Source: Synechococcales cyanobacterium bin2.concoct.b11b12b14.033
GTDB taxonomy: Bacteria > Cyanobacteriota > Vampirovibrionia > Caenarcaniphilales > Caenarcanaceae
NCBI GenBank assembly: GCA_013298875.1
Contig: JAAFJH010000002.1
Coordinates: 1-58,054 of the forward strand
Length of the DNA stretch: 58,054 bases
Direction: 5' to 3'
The notes below the pieces were generated by a model. The model was not told the DNA's origin and did not search any database. It saw only the letters and a program-made list of their open reading frames with translations. The number at the start of each line of letters is the position of its first letter. The first letter of the stretch is position 1. Both the position numbers and the translations under genes were made by a program. This document shows positions 10,792 to 19,443 of the stretch, piece after piece.

Positions 10792-10845
10792 AAAAAAACT
10801 CATAGCTCAAGGAAATTGTTATTTTAAATCCTCAAAGCTATGAGC
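10792..10845 (-). terminator. Rho-independent terminator of the small Cys-rich gene
   Basis: On the minus strand, GCTCATAGCTTTGAGG...CCTTGAGCTATGAG forms a 9-bp perfect stem plus extension. It is followed by a T7 run (A-run 10792..10798 on the plus strand), about 35 nt after the stop. Confidence 0.6.
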
Positions 10846-10880
10846 TAAATTTTCTTAGTTTTTTATTTTAGAAATTAATT

Positions 10881-11096
10881 CTAGATTACTCTCCACCATT
10901 TATTGGTTTCAACGGTGCCATCTGGGCAAGCACCACATTTATCTTTTGGTTCACATTTAGCTTGTGGTGAGCATTTATCTGGTTTTGGAGCACATTTATC
11001 TTTTGGCGGACAACACCAAGTTTTTGCTTCCACTGAGCTAATTTGAAAACCACTAACTAAAATCAAACCTAAAATAAATAAAATAGATTTTTTCAT
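10881..11096 (-). CDS. Small secreted Cys/Pro/Lys-rich repeat protein
   Basis: 71 aa with a signal peptide (ILFILGLILVSGFQISSVEA). The mature part is TWCCPPKDKCAPKPDKCSPQAKCEPKDKCGACPDG, with 7 Cys in a repeating K-x-DKC pattern. It has its own terminator. Confidence 0.6.
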   Translation of the reverse strand: MKKSILFILGLILVSGFQISSVEAKTWCCPPKDKCAPKPDKCSPQAKCEPKDKCGACPDGTVETNKWWRVI

Positions 11097-11184
11097 GAAA
11101 ATTTACCGGGTAAGTATTTAAAAACATTTATTACAAATTAAAATTTATAGTAATAAACAGATTTTGCATATAAAAAAATAATTA

Positions 11185-12552
11185 ATGTCTTTATTTTCCC
11201 TGCTAAATGGCATTTTAGTCCGAAAACAGAAAATAATTTTGTTTTTAGCAGATTATATTTGTCTAATTTTGGCACTTTTAATTTCACATTTTATATTTGA
11301 ATATCCAAATTATGGAATTTTTCCGAATGAAAATTGGAATTTATATGGTTTATTTTTATTCTTTTTAATTTGTTTTTTATTTAGTATTTTTTATATTTCT
11401 AATCTTTATCATTTACCTTCTCAAATCAACAATCTGTGGCAGAAAGTTCCCGCCTTATTAATTGGAAATACAGTTTTGTTTGCCGGAATTGCAATATTTT
11501 GTTATTTTACTAAGTTTGCTTTAGGACGAGATGTTTTGGCTTTAGCTTGTTTTTTATTGTTTTTATTTGTTTTGTTAAACCGCTTAATTTTAATACAAAT
11601 CTTTTCGGCTAAATATTTGGCTTTGGTAAAGCAAATTAAATGTTTATTTTTAAATGAAGGGCCTTTAATTTCATTACTCAGAAAAGAAAATAATCAAAAT
11701 AAACAATATGAATTTATAGACTTTAGGTTGTCAAATTCTTCATTGAAAGACTTTATTGCCAAAGAAAATATTGAAATAATTATTATTGATTCATACTCGG
11801 AGGAAAATATTAAAGATGATTTGGTTTATGAATTGATTGAATTGAAGTTTAAAGGAATTCAGGTTATTGAAGCGGCCAATTTTTTTGAGCGGATTAATTT
11901 GCGGGTTCCTTTATTGAATTTGCCGGGGCATTGGTTTTTAAACTCGCAGGTTTTTAATGATATTACTAATCAAGCCGTTCTCAGAGCCAAAAGAATATTT
12001 GATATTTTAAGTGCCCTAATTTTAAGCATTTTAACTTTGCCAATGATGCTGTGTTTATTTTTAATCATGAAAATTATGTCCAAAGATTCAATTTTTTATA
12101 CTCAGCCACGAGTGGGCTTAAACGGAAAAACTTTTACAATTTATAAATTACGTTCCATGTTTGCCGATTCTGAAAAAAACGGTATTCAATGGACAGTATC
12201 GGACGATCCACGCATAACCCCAATTGGTAAAATACTAAGAGCCAGCCGATTAGATGAATTGCCCCAGTTAATTAATGTTTTAAAAGGCGACATGAGCTTG
12301 ATTGGTCCTCGCCCTGAAAGACCAGAATTTACCACTCAATTACAGAAAGAGATTCCATTTTATGATTTGCGCCATTCTGTTAGGCCAGGGCTAAGCGGTT
12401 GGGCACAAGTCAATGAACCTTTGGCTACTCCGTCCGATTCACTCAAAAAATTAGAATATGACTTATTTTATATTAGACATTTATCTTGGTGGCTGGAATT
12501 TGAAATAATTTTACGTACAATTCGGGTGATTTTAATGCGAAAAGGAAAATAA
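11185..12552 (+). CDS. Polyprenyl-phosphate glycosyl-phosphotransferase (WbaP/EpsE-type bacterial sugar transferase)
   Basis: 455 aa with N-terminal TM bundle. The C-terminal sugar-transferase domain shows KRIFDILSALIL, GLNGKTFTIYKLRSM, ITPIGKILRASRLDELPQLINVLKGDMSLIGPRP and SGWAQV. Confidence 0.9.
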   Translation: MSLFSLLNGILVRKQKIILFLADYICLILALLISHFIFEYPNYGIFPNENWNLYGLFLFFLICFLFSIFYISNLYHLPSQINNLWQKVPALLIGNTVLFAGIAIFCYFTKFALGRDVLALACFLLFLFVLLNRLILIQIFSAKYLALVKQIKCLFLNEGPLISLLRKENNQNKQYEFIDFRLSNSSLKDFIAKENIEIIIIDSYSEENIKDDLVYELIELKFKGIQVIEAANFFERINLRVPLLNLPGHWFLNSQVFNDITNQAVLRAKRIFDILSALILSILTLPMMLCLFLIMKIMSKDSIFYTQPRVGLNGKTFTIYKLRSMFADSEKNGIQWTVSDDPRITPIGKILRASRLDELPQLINVLKGDMSLIGPRPERPEFTTQLQKEIPFYDLRHSVRPGLSGWAQVNEPLATPSDSLKKLEYDLFYIRHLSWWLEFEIILRTIRVILMRKGK

Positions 12553-12560
12553 TATTTAAT

Positions 12561-13901
12561 TTAATTGGTGAAAGTTTTGCAAATGGCTGCCAATAGTATT
12601 AAAAGCAAAGAAATAGGAATTAAAACTTTCCAAGCTAAACCCATCAATTGATCAGACCGGAATCTGGGCAAAGTAGCTCTAATCCAAATTGCCACACCAA
12701 CCATCAAATAAGCTTTTGTTAAAATTATAAAAGTATTAGTTATCCAGGTTAAATCCCCCAGCAAGGTTTCCTTCAAAGTATTGGCTAAAAACTGATCTAA
12801 AGCTAAAATACCCGAATGTGTACTACCTAAAAATAATATACTAAAAAGTATGCTTGTAATGAATAAATTGGTATATTCCGCCAAGAAAAATAAAGCGAAT
12901 TTCATGCCCGAATATTCAGTATTATAGCCGCTTACCAATTCAGATTCAGCTTCGGGTAAATCAAAAGGAATACGATTGACTTCCGCTAAGGAACAAAAGT
13001 AAAACATAAAAGCTATACCCAAAAATACTATTAGCTGCACGGGAAGAACAAACCAATTTATATTATCCGCCATTAAAGCACCGCCAGCCAAAATATTCCA
13101 ATCTAAAAAGTTTTGACTTTGTCCGTCTGAAATTGCTTTTAAGTTTAAATTACCGCTAATTATAATAAAAGAAACTAAAGATAAAATGAGTGGTATTTCA
13201 TAACTAATGGCTTGAGCCGCACTTCTTAAGCTACCAAGCAAGGCATATTTATTATTGCTAGCCCAACCAGCCAAAATTAAACCAATAACACCAATAGACG
13301 AAGCCGCAATCACAAATAATAAACTTGATTCAATATTTAATTTCCCCCACAAATCATTTTTTTGAGAGGCAACAATAACTGACAAAATTGGCAAAAACAT
13401 TATCACTGACGGAGCAAAAAAGATAATTGGAGCCAAGGTAAATAAAACTTTATCGGCTTCTTTAGGTCTAATATCTTCCTTGAATAAAAGTTTTAAAGCA
13501 TCCGCAAAAGTTTGAAAAACACCATTTGGCCCGACCCGATTTGGCCCCAGCCTTGTAGTGAGCAAAGCTAAAAGCTTACGTTCCAGTAAAACTAAAAACA
13601 TTGCATTGACCGGAATAAAAGTCAAAATTACTAATAATGGTTCAAAAATACGTAATACGTCAACGACTTGAATTGGTAAAAATTTGGCTAAAATCAATTC
13701 AATAAATATAAAAGCCGCCGCTCCTGCTCCGAATGAAGCTCCTACCCAAAATAAAACCACTAAAATAAACTTTACAAATTCAATTAAAACGGGTTTGCCT
13801 AAAACCTTTTGGCCTCGGTAATTATCAAGCAAATTCATATTACCTTTTGCTTTAAATAGGTTTTTAATTAAATTTATATCTTGTGATTTACTGGATTGCA
13901 T
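12561..13901 (-). CDS. nuoH: NADH-quinone oxidoreductase subunit H (NuoH/NdhA), orphan copy with N-terminal extension
   Basis: 446 aa with LERKLLALLTTRLGPNRVGPNGVFQTFADALKLLFKEDIRP, EAESELVSGYNTEYSG and PRFRSDQLM. No other nuo genes flank it. Confidence 0.88.
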   Translation of the reverse strand: MQSSKSQDINLIKNLFKAKGNMNLLDNYRGQKVLGKPVLIEFVKFILVVLFWVGASFGAGAAAFIFIELILAKFLPIQVVDVLRIFEPLLVILTFIPVNAMFLVLLERKLLALLTTRLGPNRVGPNGVFQTFADALKLLFKEDIRPKEADKVLFTLAPIIFFAPSVIMFLPILSVIVASQKNDLWGKLNIESSLLFVIAASSIGVIGLILAGWASNNKYALLGSLRSAAQAISYEIPLILSLVSFIIISGNLNLKAISDGQSQNFLDWNILAGGALMADNINWFVLPVQLIVFLGIAFMFYFCSLAEVNRIPFDLPEAESELVSGYNTEYSGMKFALFFLAEYTNLFITSILFSILFLGSTHSGILALDQFLANTLKETLLGDLTWITNTFIILTKAYLMVGVAIWIRATLPRFRSDQLMGLAWKVLIPISLLLILLAAICKTFTN

Positions 13902-14035
13902 CGGTATATTTAAAACTTGATTCTAAAATTTTTGACAAAGTTATATTAATTTTACAAATTTTATGGATAAATGCTTTATTTTAGCCAAAATTCCGATTAG
14001 AGTTTATACTAATTTTTTTAAGCTCGTCTAGATCA

Positions 14036-14593
14036 ATGAAGAAAATAGCTAATATTATTAAATCAACTTCGCATCTTGATTATATCGCTCAAGTTATTAA
14101 TCCCCTTGATCGGTCGGGAGTTTTGCCGGCGGATTATGCTTTAGGTAATTTTGTTTTAATTGGCAAAAACACAGTTGGTTTAATTTATGACACCGAATTA
14201 TTTAATCCTTCTTTGATTTTATCTTCTCAGAAAGAGCAAACTGAGATTTATGCCCCCGATTTGAGAGATGAAGTGGATATTTTATTAAAAATTCTTTTGC
14301 TTGGAATTATAGAAAATAATTATGGAGATCAAAATTTGCCGGCCGAAGTATTAGAAGCTGGTGCAGATATTTGGCTAATGGAAAAAAATACAATTAAAGA
14401 TTTTCATTTCACTTCAGATGGGCATTTTCAGGTTAAGTATTTAAATAATTTAAATTCATATGGCAATAAACTCAATCCTAGTCTTTTTAGTTTAATTGTT
14501 AAACAGCTCAGAAATTTATTGAATATCGAAGAAATTGAGATTTTAGAAACTATTGAACAAAATTTACTTTGGAATAAAATGATTAATACTTAA
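14036..14593 (+). CDS. Hypothetical protein
   Basis: 185 aa with coding-like composition. The N-terminal beta-rich segment (IIKSTSHLDYIAQV...GNFVLIGKNTVGLIYD) is vaguely barrel-like. No family recognised. Confidence 0.55.
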   Translation: MKKIANIIKSTSHLDYIAQVINPLDRSGVLPADYALGNFVLIGKNTVGLIYDTELFNPSLILSSQKEQTEIYAPDLRDEVDILLKILLLGIIENNYGDQNLPAEVLEAGADIWLMEKNTIKDFHFTSDGHFQVKYLNNLNSYGNKLNPSLFSLIVKQLRNLLNIEEIEILETIEQNLLWNKMINT

Positions 14594-14672
14594 AGTATTG
14601 AGTGATTACTTTTGAATATTTATAAAGTAAAAAATTGGCTTTCTAATCTATAAAAAGTTAAAATAATAAATA

Positions 14673-14845
14673 AGCTCCTTGTCTGAGTCATATAAAGTTT
14701 TTCTGACAAATTAATCCTATTTGGAAGTCTTAATCATTGGAATAAATGAAGTATACCTAAGCATTTAGGAAACGGATTTTCCATTTAAGACATCCGCCTT
14801 GTTCTAAGGCAGGAAAACTTTTCGACTCAGAAATCCCAAGGAGTT
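14673..14845. ncRNA. Candidate structured small RNA with a rod-like fold (6S-like architecture, identity unproven)
   Basis: In a 423-bp ORF-free gap, CTCCTTG+TCTGAGTC (14675..14689) pairs with GACTCAGA (14824..14831) and CAAGGAG (14837..14843). AAAGTTTT (14694..14701) pairs with AAAACTTT (14814..14821). GGAAGTCTTAA (14723..14733) pairs with TTAAGACATCC (14785..14795). Local hairpins are CCTAA-GCA-TTAGG and GCCTT-GTTCT-AAGGC. One G-T pair (14674/14844) weakly favours the plus strand. Confidence 0.3.
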
Positions 14846-15016
14846 CTATATTTTAGGCAGCAAAAAAATATACCATATTCCAAGTCTGGCTCTTGATTGT
14901 CAAACCAAAAACAAAAAATACTTTTGGAAATATATTTTTAGTAATAAAAAAAAACTTGCTCTTAAAAAATTACCTGTGTTATATTTATCAGAATATCAAA
15001 ATTTCCATAATTAAAT

Positions 15017-15358
15017 ATGATAACCCTCTCTGCAAATGCAGGTGTGGGGGGTAATCGGTTGCATAGTGTGAATAGTTTGAGATCTACATCAAATAATAGT
15101 AGTTCAGTAGTTGGTAGTCAGCAGTTAGCCTCTCTAAGGTTACCTCCTTTATTTTCAAGTAATGCATCTTCAAATACTTTTAATGCAACACATCCTCCAG
15201 CATCCCTGTCATCTCAATACCAAAATAGTGGTGAATCCTCTGGCATTTTACAGGCTATAGCTGCCGCCTGGGAAATAATAATTGGTTTTTTAGGTTTAGC
15301 AGGTCTTTTCGTGCTTGGTCAGAAAACTTCAGGTTTGTTTAGGGGCAGAAAAGCATAA
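15017..15358 (+). CDS. Hypothetical tail-anchored Ser/Asn-rich protein
   Basis: 113 aa with a low-complexity S/N-rich N-terminal region and a C-terminal TM (WEIIIGFLGLAGLFVLG) followed by basic residues. Noticeably more GC-rich than its surroundings. Confidence 0.45.
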   Translation: MITLSANAGVGGNRLHSVNSLRSTSNNSSSVVGSQQLASLRLPPLFSSNASSNTFNATHPPASLSSQYQNSGESSGILQAIAAAWEIIIGFLGLAGLFVLGQKTSGLFRGRKA

Positions 15359-15403
15359 CCAATTGAATATTGCTATGATCTAGAAAGTTTTTAACTTTTA
15401 TTT

Positions 15404-16201
15404 ATGAAGAATAATATTTTTATTTACAAAACCGATGAAGAAAAAGATTATTTTCGGAAGGCCGGTAAGCTAGCAGCCAATGTTTTAAAAGAAGTTTGCA
15501 AAGCTGTTAAGCCCGGTATAAGCACTTGGGATTTGGATGTTTTGGCAGAAGCTTGGATTAAAGATCATGGGGCTATTCCAACTTTTAAAGGTTATTTAGG
15601 CTTTCCTAGCACACTTTGTACGTCAGTAAATCATGAAGTGGTGCATGGTATACCAAATAACAAAAAAATATTACAGTCAGGCGATATTATTAGCATTGAC
15701 GTAGGCGTTACACTTAAAGGGTTAGTAAGTGGACAAGAGTTTAAGTTTGTTGGGGATAATGCGATCACAGTGCCAGTTGGTGAAATAAATGAAAAAGTAG
15801 CTAATTTATTAGCCGATACCAAACTTGGCTTAGAAGAAGGAATTAAAGTCAGCTTAAAAGGTAATAAAATTAGTGATATTGCTAAAGCGATTGAAAAAGT
15901 TGCCAAGTCTAAAGGTTACGGATTAGTGAGAGATTTTGGCGGCCATGGTATCGGCCCAGAATATCATTCGGCACCTTTTATACCTAATTATGCAGATTAT
16001 TTTAGTTTGTATGACGACTGTGAAATTAAAGAAGGTATGGTTTTAGCTATTGAGCCTATGTTTAATTTGGGTATTAGCGATATTCGTAAATTAAAAGATA
16101 ATTGGACGATTATAACTAAAGATAATAAGTCTTCCGCCCATTTTGAACATTCAATTTTAATAACCTCGGAAGGTCCAGAAATATTAACTATGGCAGATTA
16201 A
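15404..16201 (+). CDS. map: Methionine aminopeptidase, type I
   Basis: 265 aa with VVHGIPN, SIDVG, GHGIG, LAIEPM and FEHSILIT metal-ligand contexts. Confidence 0.93.
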   Translation: MKNNIFIYKTDEEKDYFRKAGKLAANVLKEVCKAVKPGISTWDLDVLAEAWIKDHGAIPTFKGYLGFPSTLCTSVNHEVVHGIPNNKKILQSGDIISIDVGVTLKGLVSGQEFKFVGDNAITVPVGEINEKVANLLADTKLGLEEGIKVSLKGNKISDIAKAIEKVAKSKGYGLVRDFGGHGIGPEYHSAPFIPNYADYFSLYDDCEIKEGMVLAIEPMFNLGISDIRKLKDNWTIITKDNKSSAHFEHSILITSEGPEILTMAD

Positions 16202-16218
16202 TACTTAAGAGAAATGAA

Positions 16219-17700
16219 TTAAATTACTTCAGGTACCACCACAGTTAGCCGGTTTGGAAGTATTTTTATATTCATCGGAGTTTTACCAATATAGTCTCCA
16301 TCGGCTTGTACATTTAATAAAGGTATTGATTTAATCTTTAGAGTAGTGGCTTGATAATGTTCAATTTTTGAATTTTCATCTTTATAAGCTCCCGAAAATA
16401 ATTCGGTTAAAATGGCCAAATAGTCGCTGCTGGTTTCGGCTTTAAGTATACAAATATCTAATAAGCCATTATTTTCTTCGGGCATTTTTAATTGCGGAAT
16501 AAAAGCTTGAATATAACTATTACGGTTAATTGCAATGACACCAATTGCTTTCTTCCAATGTTTTTTTCCATCAATTTCAAGCATAAATAAAGAATGTTTT
16601 AATTTGGTTACCTGTTTAAAAGCTTCCACGCAATAAGCTAAAATACCTAATGACTTTTTCTTTTCGGAAGTGGTGTTTTTCATAATATTGGCATCAAGCC
16701 CCGCCCCAACCACTAAGGTTATATACTGATTATTAACTTGGGTAATATCAATTTTTTTTTGTTGAGCTTGAGTTAAAACTTTTAAAGCGGCTCGAGATTC
16801 GGTTGGAATATTTAAACTTTTAGCTAGTAAATTTCCGGTTCCCGTCGGAATAATACCCAAAACTACTGACCAATTATTTTGAATTAAAGAAATTGCTTCC
16901 CGAACTGTGCCATCCCCACCAACTGCTACAACACAACTATAAGTGCCATTTTTAATGTCATTGGCATAAGTTAAACTCAAATTATCAAAATTATGGCATT
17001 CATGTATTTTATAAGTGGCACCTGCTCCCAAACCCTCAAAGTGGTTTTGAATAATTTCTTTTATTTCTTCTAATTTAGTTTGGCTTGATTTTGGATTAAT
17101 TAAAAATAAATAGGAATTTTCAACCGTATTTTTTAACATATGATACTGCGTTGATTTGTGTCCAAAAAGAATACGCCGGAAAATATCATAGGTACAAACC
17201 ACCAATTCACGCAGCACTAACAAAGAACCTTTTTTAAAAGTATTTCTGGAAAACCACTCTACTCGGATTGATAAAAGCCCGGCCTTTTTCGCACCAAAAG
17301 TATCAGTTACAATTCCATCCCCTACCATCGCAACTTGATTTGCGGGCAAAGAAAAGAAGTCAAGCATTTGTTCAAAACAAAGAGTTTGCGGTTTATAAGC
17401 GTTTTCAATCATTGGAATGAACAAATTATGTTTTTCTAATAAATCTCTAACTTTTTCGCAATATTTAGAACTAAAATTATTAGTAACAATGCCCGTTTTA
17501 AGGCCAGCTTTTTTATAATCTTCTAAAATTTGAACGATTTTTTCGGATAATTTACCAGTATGTTCAGCGATTAAAGTATCATCCAAATCAAAAATTACAC
17601 CTTTAATTCCTCGGTCAATTAATATTTGAGGCGATAAATCATCTATATTATTTACCGTTAAGTCAGGCTGAAATCCTTTAAAAAAATTATTAATATTCAC
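16219..17700 (-). CDS. Fusion protein: YqeG-type HAD-IIIA phosphatase and diacylglycerol-kinase-family lipid kinase
   Basis: 493 aa. The N-terminal part has GVIFDLDDTL, IVTNN, KPQ and MVGDGIVTD (HAD motifs I-IV, YqeG/TIGR01668-like). The C-terminal part has VVAVGGDGTVREA and IIPTGTGNLLAKSL (DAGK catalytic domain). Confidence 0.8.
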   Translation of the reverse strand: MNINNFFKGFQPDLTVNNIDDLSPQILIDRGIKGVIFDLDDTLIAEHTGKLSEKIVQILEDYKKAGLKTGIVTNNFSSKYCEKVRDLLEKHNLFIPMIENAYKPQTLCFEQMLDFFSLPANQVAMVGDGIVTDTFGAKKAGLLSIRVEWFSRNTFKKGSLLVLRELVVCTYDIFRRILFGHKSTQYHMLKNTVENSYLFLINPKSSQTKLEEIKEIIQNHFEGLGAGATYKIHECHNFDNLSLTYANDIKNGTYSCVVAVGGDGTVREAISLIQNNWSVVLGIIPTGTGNLLAKSLNIPTESRAALKVLTQAQQKKIDITQVNNQYITLVVGAGLDANIMKNTTSEKKKSLGILAYCVEAFKQVTKLKHSLFMLEIDGKKHWKKAIGVIAINRNSYIQAFIPQLKMPEENNGLLDICILKAETSSDYLAILTELFSGAYKDENSKIEHYQATTLKIKSIPLLNVQADGDYIGKTPMNIKILPNRLTVVVPEVI

Positions 17701-17811
17701 AGTTTTTCTTTTTCTTATTTTGTAGGGGCAATTCCAAAGCAGCCAATATAATAAAAGTCTAACGGAATAATGTAAAAAGCTTAGAAAAAATAATCACAAA
17801 CTTAACTAAAA

Positions 17812-18600
17812 TTAAAGATTATCTTCATTGTTTTCATCTTCGGATTCTTCTAAAGAGTCAGACCAAGTTAATAAGGTCAAATTATATTCAACTTCAGGAT
17901 CTTTAGATTTACGATCTTCGAGTATTAAACCAATAATTTTAGCTCCGGTTAAAATATCTTCACGTATATGTATACAACGGTAATTTAGAGGAGGCATAGT
18001 CATTCCTTCATGGATTTTTAATTGCAATAAATAACAATCATTAATCTGAAAATCAATGCTATTAGGTGAAGCAATATCAACTGAAAGGCTTAAACCCGTT
18101 TGGCTAATATCACGGGTAAAAAATGGTGTTAATTTATAAGTTTTAGTATCTACTAATAAAATCGGTGTCCTGAATATAACTCTGGGAGCAGAACGAGCTT
18201 CTAGGAAATTTTTTAATCTTTTCAATTCAATTAAACCATAAGCTACGCTATTGTCTTCTGGCTTACCGTAAGCAGTAACTTCCATTGTTTCCCCGATGCG
18301 GGCAATCCAAAAACGCACGCCAAAAATTTTAGGTGGAGCGAGTAAAATAGCTGTTCCTTTGGGTAAAGTCAATAAATTTTCTTGCGAAGATAAAAGTACT
18401 GAATTCCATTTTTTAATATCACGCCCAACTTCTGAAGAGCTGCCCAGAAAAGATTGATCTAAAGTTAAAACAAGATTGAGAGTTTGGTCAGACTTTTCGA
18501 TAATTTTGCCAACGGCAAAGCCTCTTTTACCATCGGGCAAGCAAATTTTGGCACTCATCCAAATATCTTGTGGACAATCAGTTTTCTTTTCTTTTTGCAT
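17812..18600 (-). CDS. PilZ-domain protein (putative c-di-GMP receptor)
   Basis: 262 aa. The C-terminal half carries RSAPRV (RxxxR) and then TRDISQTGLSL (DxSxxG), about 30 residues apart. Acidic tail. Confidence 0.65.
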   Translation of the reverse strand: MQKEKKTDCPQDIWMSAKICLPDGKRGFAVGKIIEKSDQTLNLVLTLDQSFLGSSSEVGRDIKKWNSVLLSSQENLLTLPKGTAILLAPPKIFGVRFWIARIGETMEVTAYGKPEDNSVAYGLIELKRLKNFLEARSAPRVIFRTPILLVDTKTYKLTPFFTRDISQTGLSLSVDIASPNSIDFQINDCYLLQLKIHEGMTMPPLNYRCIHIREDILTGAKIIGLILEDRKSKDPEVEYNLTLLTWSDSLEESEDENNEDNL

Positions 18601-18730
18601 TTCTTTATTTTATGGCTACAAAAATTCTTCTTTACAATCAATTCCACAAAAAGCCGGCCTTTAAACAATAAAAAATTAATATTTATTAAAATAGCTTAAT
18701 CATTAAAATTAAGGAAAAAAGAATAGATTT

Positions 18731-19144
18731 ATGTTTTTAGATTATACAAATTTAGAAAATGCAATTGCTCGATTAGAAGAAGGAATTAAGACTTATGAAA
18801 AATATAAGACCGATCAAGAATTAAAAGAAACAGTTAGAGATTCACTGGTAAAACGCTTTGAATTTACTTTTGAGCATTCTTTAAAAATGATGGCTAGAAC
18901 TTTAAAGGAACAAGGCTTTGATGAAAATGATTTAGAGCCAAGAAAACAGCTTTTAAGAACAGCCAGAGATGAAGAGCTTATAAAGAGTTTTGAGCAGTGG
19001 AATAAGTATATGAAAAGTAGAAATATTACCTCGCACGAATATAGAGAAAACTCTGTCGCTGATCAAGAATATATTGATTTAGTTATGGATTTTTATACAG
19101 AAGTTAAAATTCTTTTGAAAAATATGAAGGAAATAGAATTATGA
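18731..19144 (+). CDS. HEPN-domain protein, HI0074 family (nucleotidyltransferase substrate-binding protein, toxin of HEPN/MNT pair)
   Basis: 137 aa with RDSLVKRFEFTFEHSLKMM and RNITSHEY (the Rx4H HEPN motif). Confidence 0.85.
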   Translation: MFLDYTNLENAIARLEEGIKTYEKYKTDQELKETVRDSLVKRFEFTFEHSLKMMARTLKEQGFDENDLEPRKQLLRTARDEELIKSFEQWNKYMKSRNITSHEYRENSVADQEYIDLVMDFYTEVKILLKNMKEIEL

Positions 19145-19443
19145 AAGAAACTGCTCTGAGCCTTAAACCTGAACATATGGAAATAGTAAAAGAAATACTT
19201 TTTAAATTTATTCCTAATATTGAAGTTTGGGCTTTTGGCTCACGAGTTAAATTTACTAATAAAGAATTTGCTGATTTAGATTTAGTAATAGTAGGAGAAC
19301 AAAAACAATCATTAGCAATAATGGCAGACCTTGAAGAAGCCTTTAAAGAAAGTGATTTGCCTTTTGAAGTAGATATATTGGACTATTGTAATATTGCCGA
19401 CCATTTAAAAAAAGAAATAAATAAAAAGTATATGAAATTATAA
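19141..19443 (+). CDS. Minimal nucleotidyltransferase (MNT, HI0073-like antitoxin)
   Basis: 100 aa with a 4-bp ATGA overlap with the HEPN gene, and FGSRVKFTNKEFADLDLVI (the GS-x(n)-DxD pol-beta NTase motif). Confidence 0.85.
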   Translation: MKETALSLKPEHMEIVKEILFKFIPNIEVWAFGSRVKFTNKEFADLDLVIVGEQKQSLAIMADLEEAFKESDLPFEVDILDYCNIADHLKKEINKKYMKL

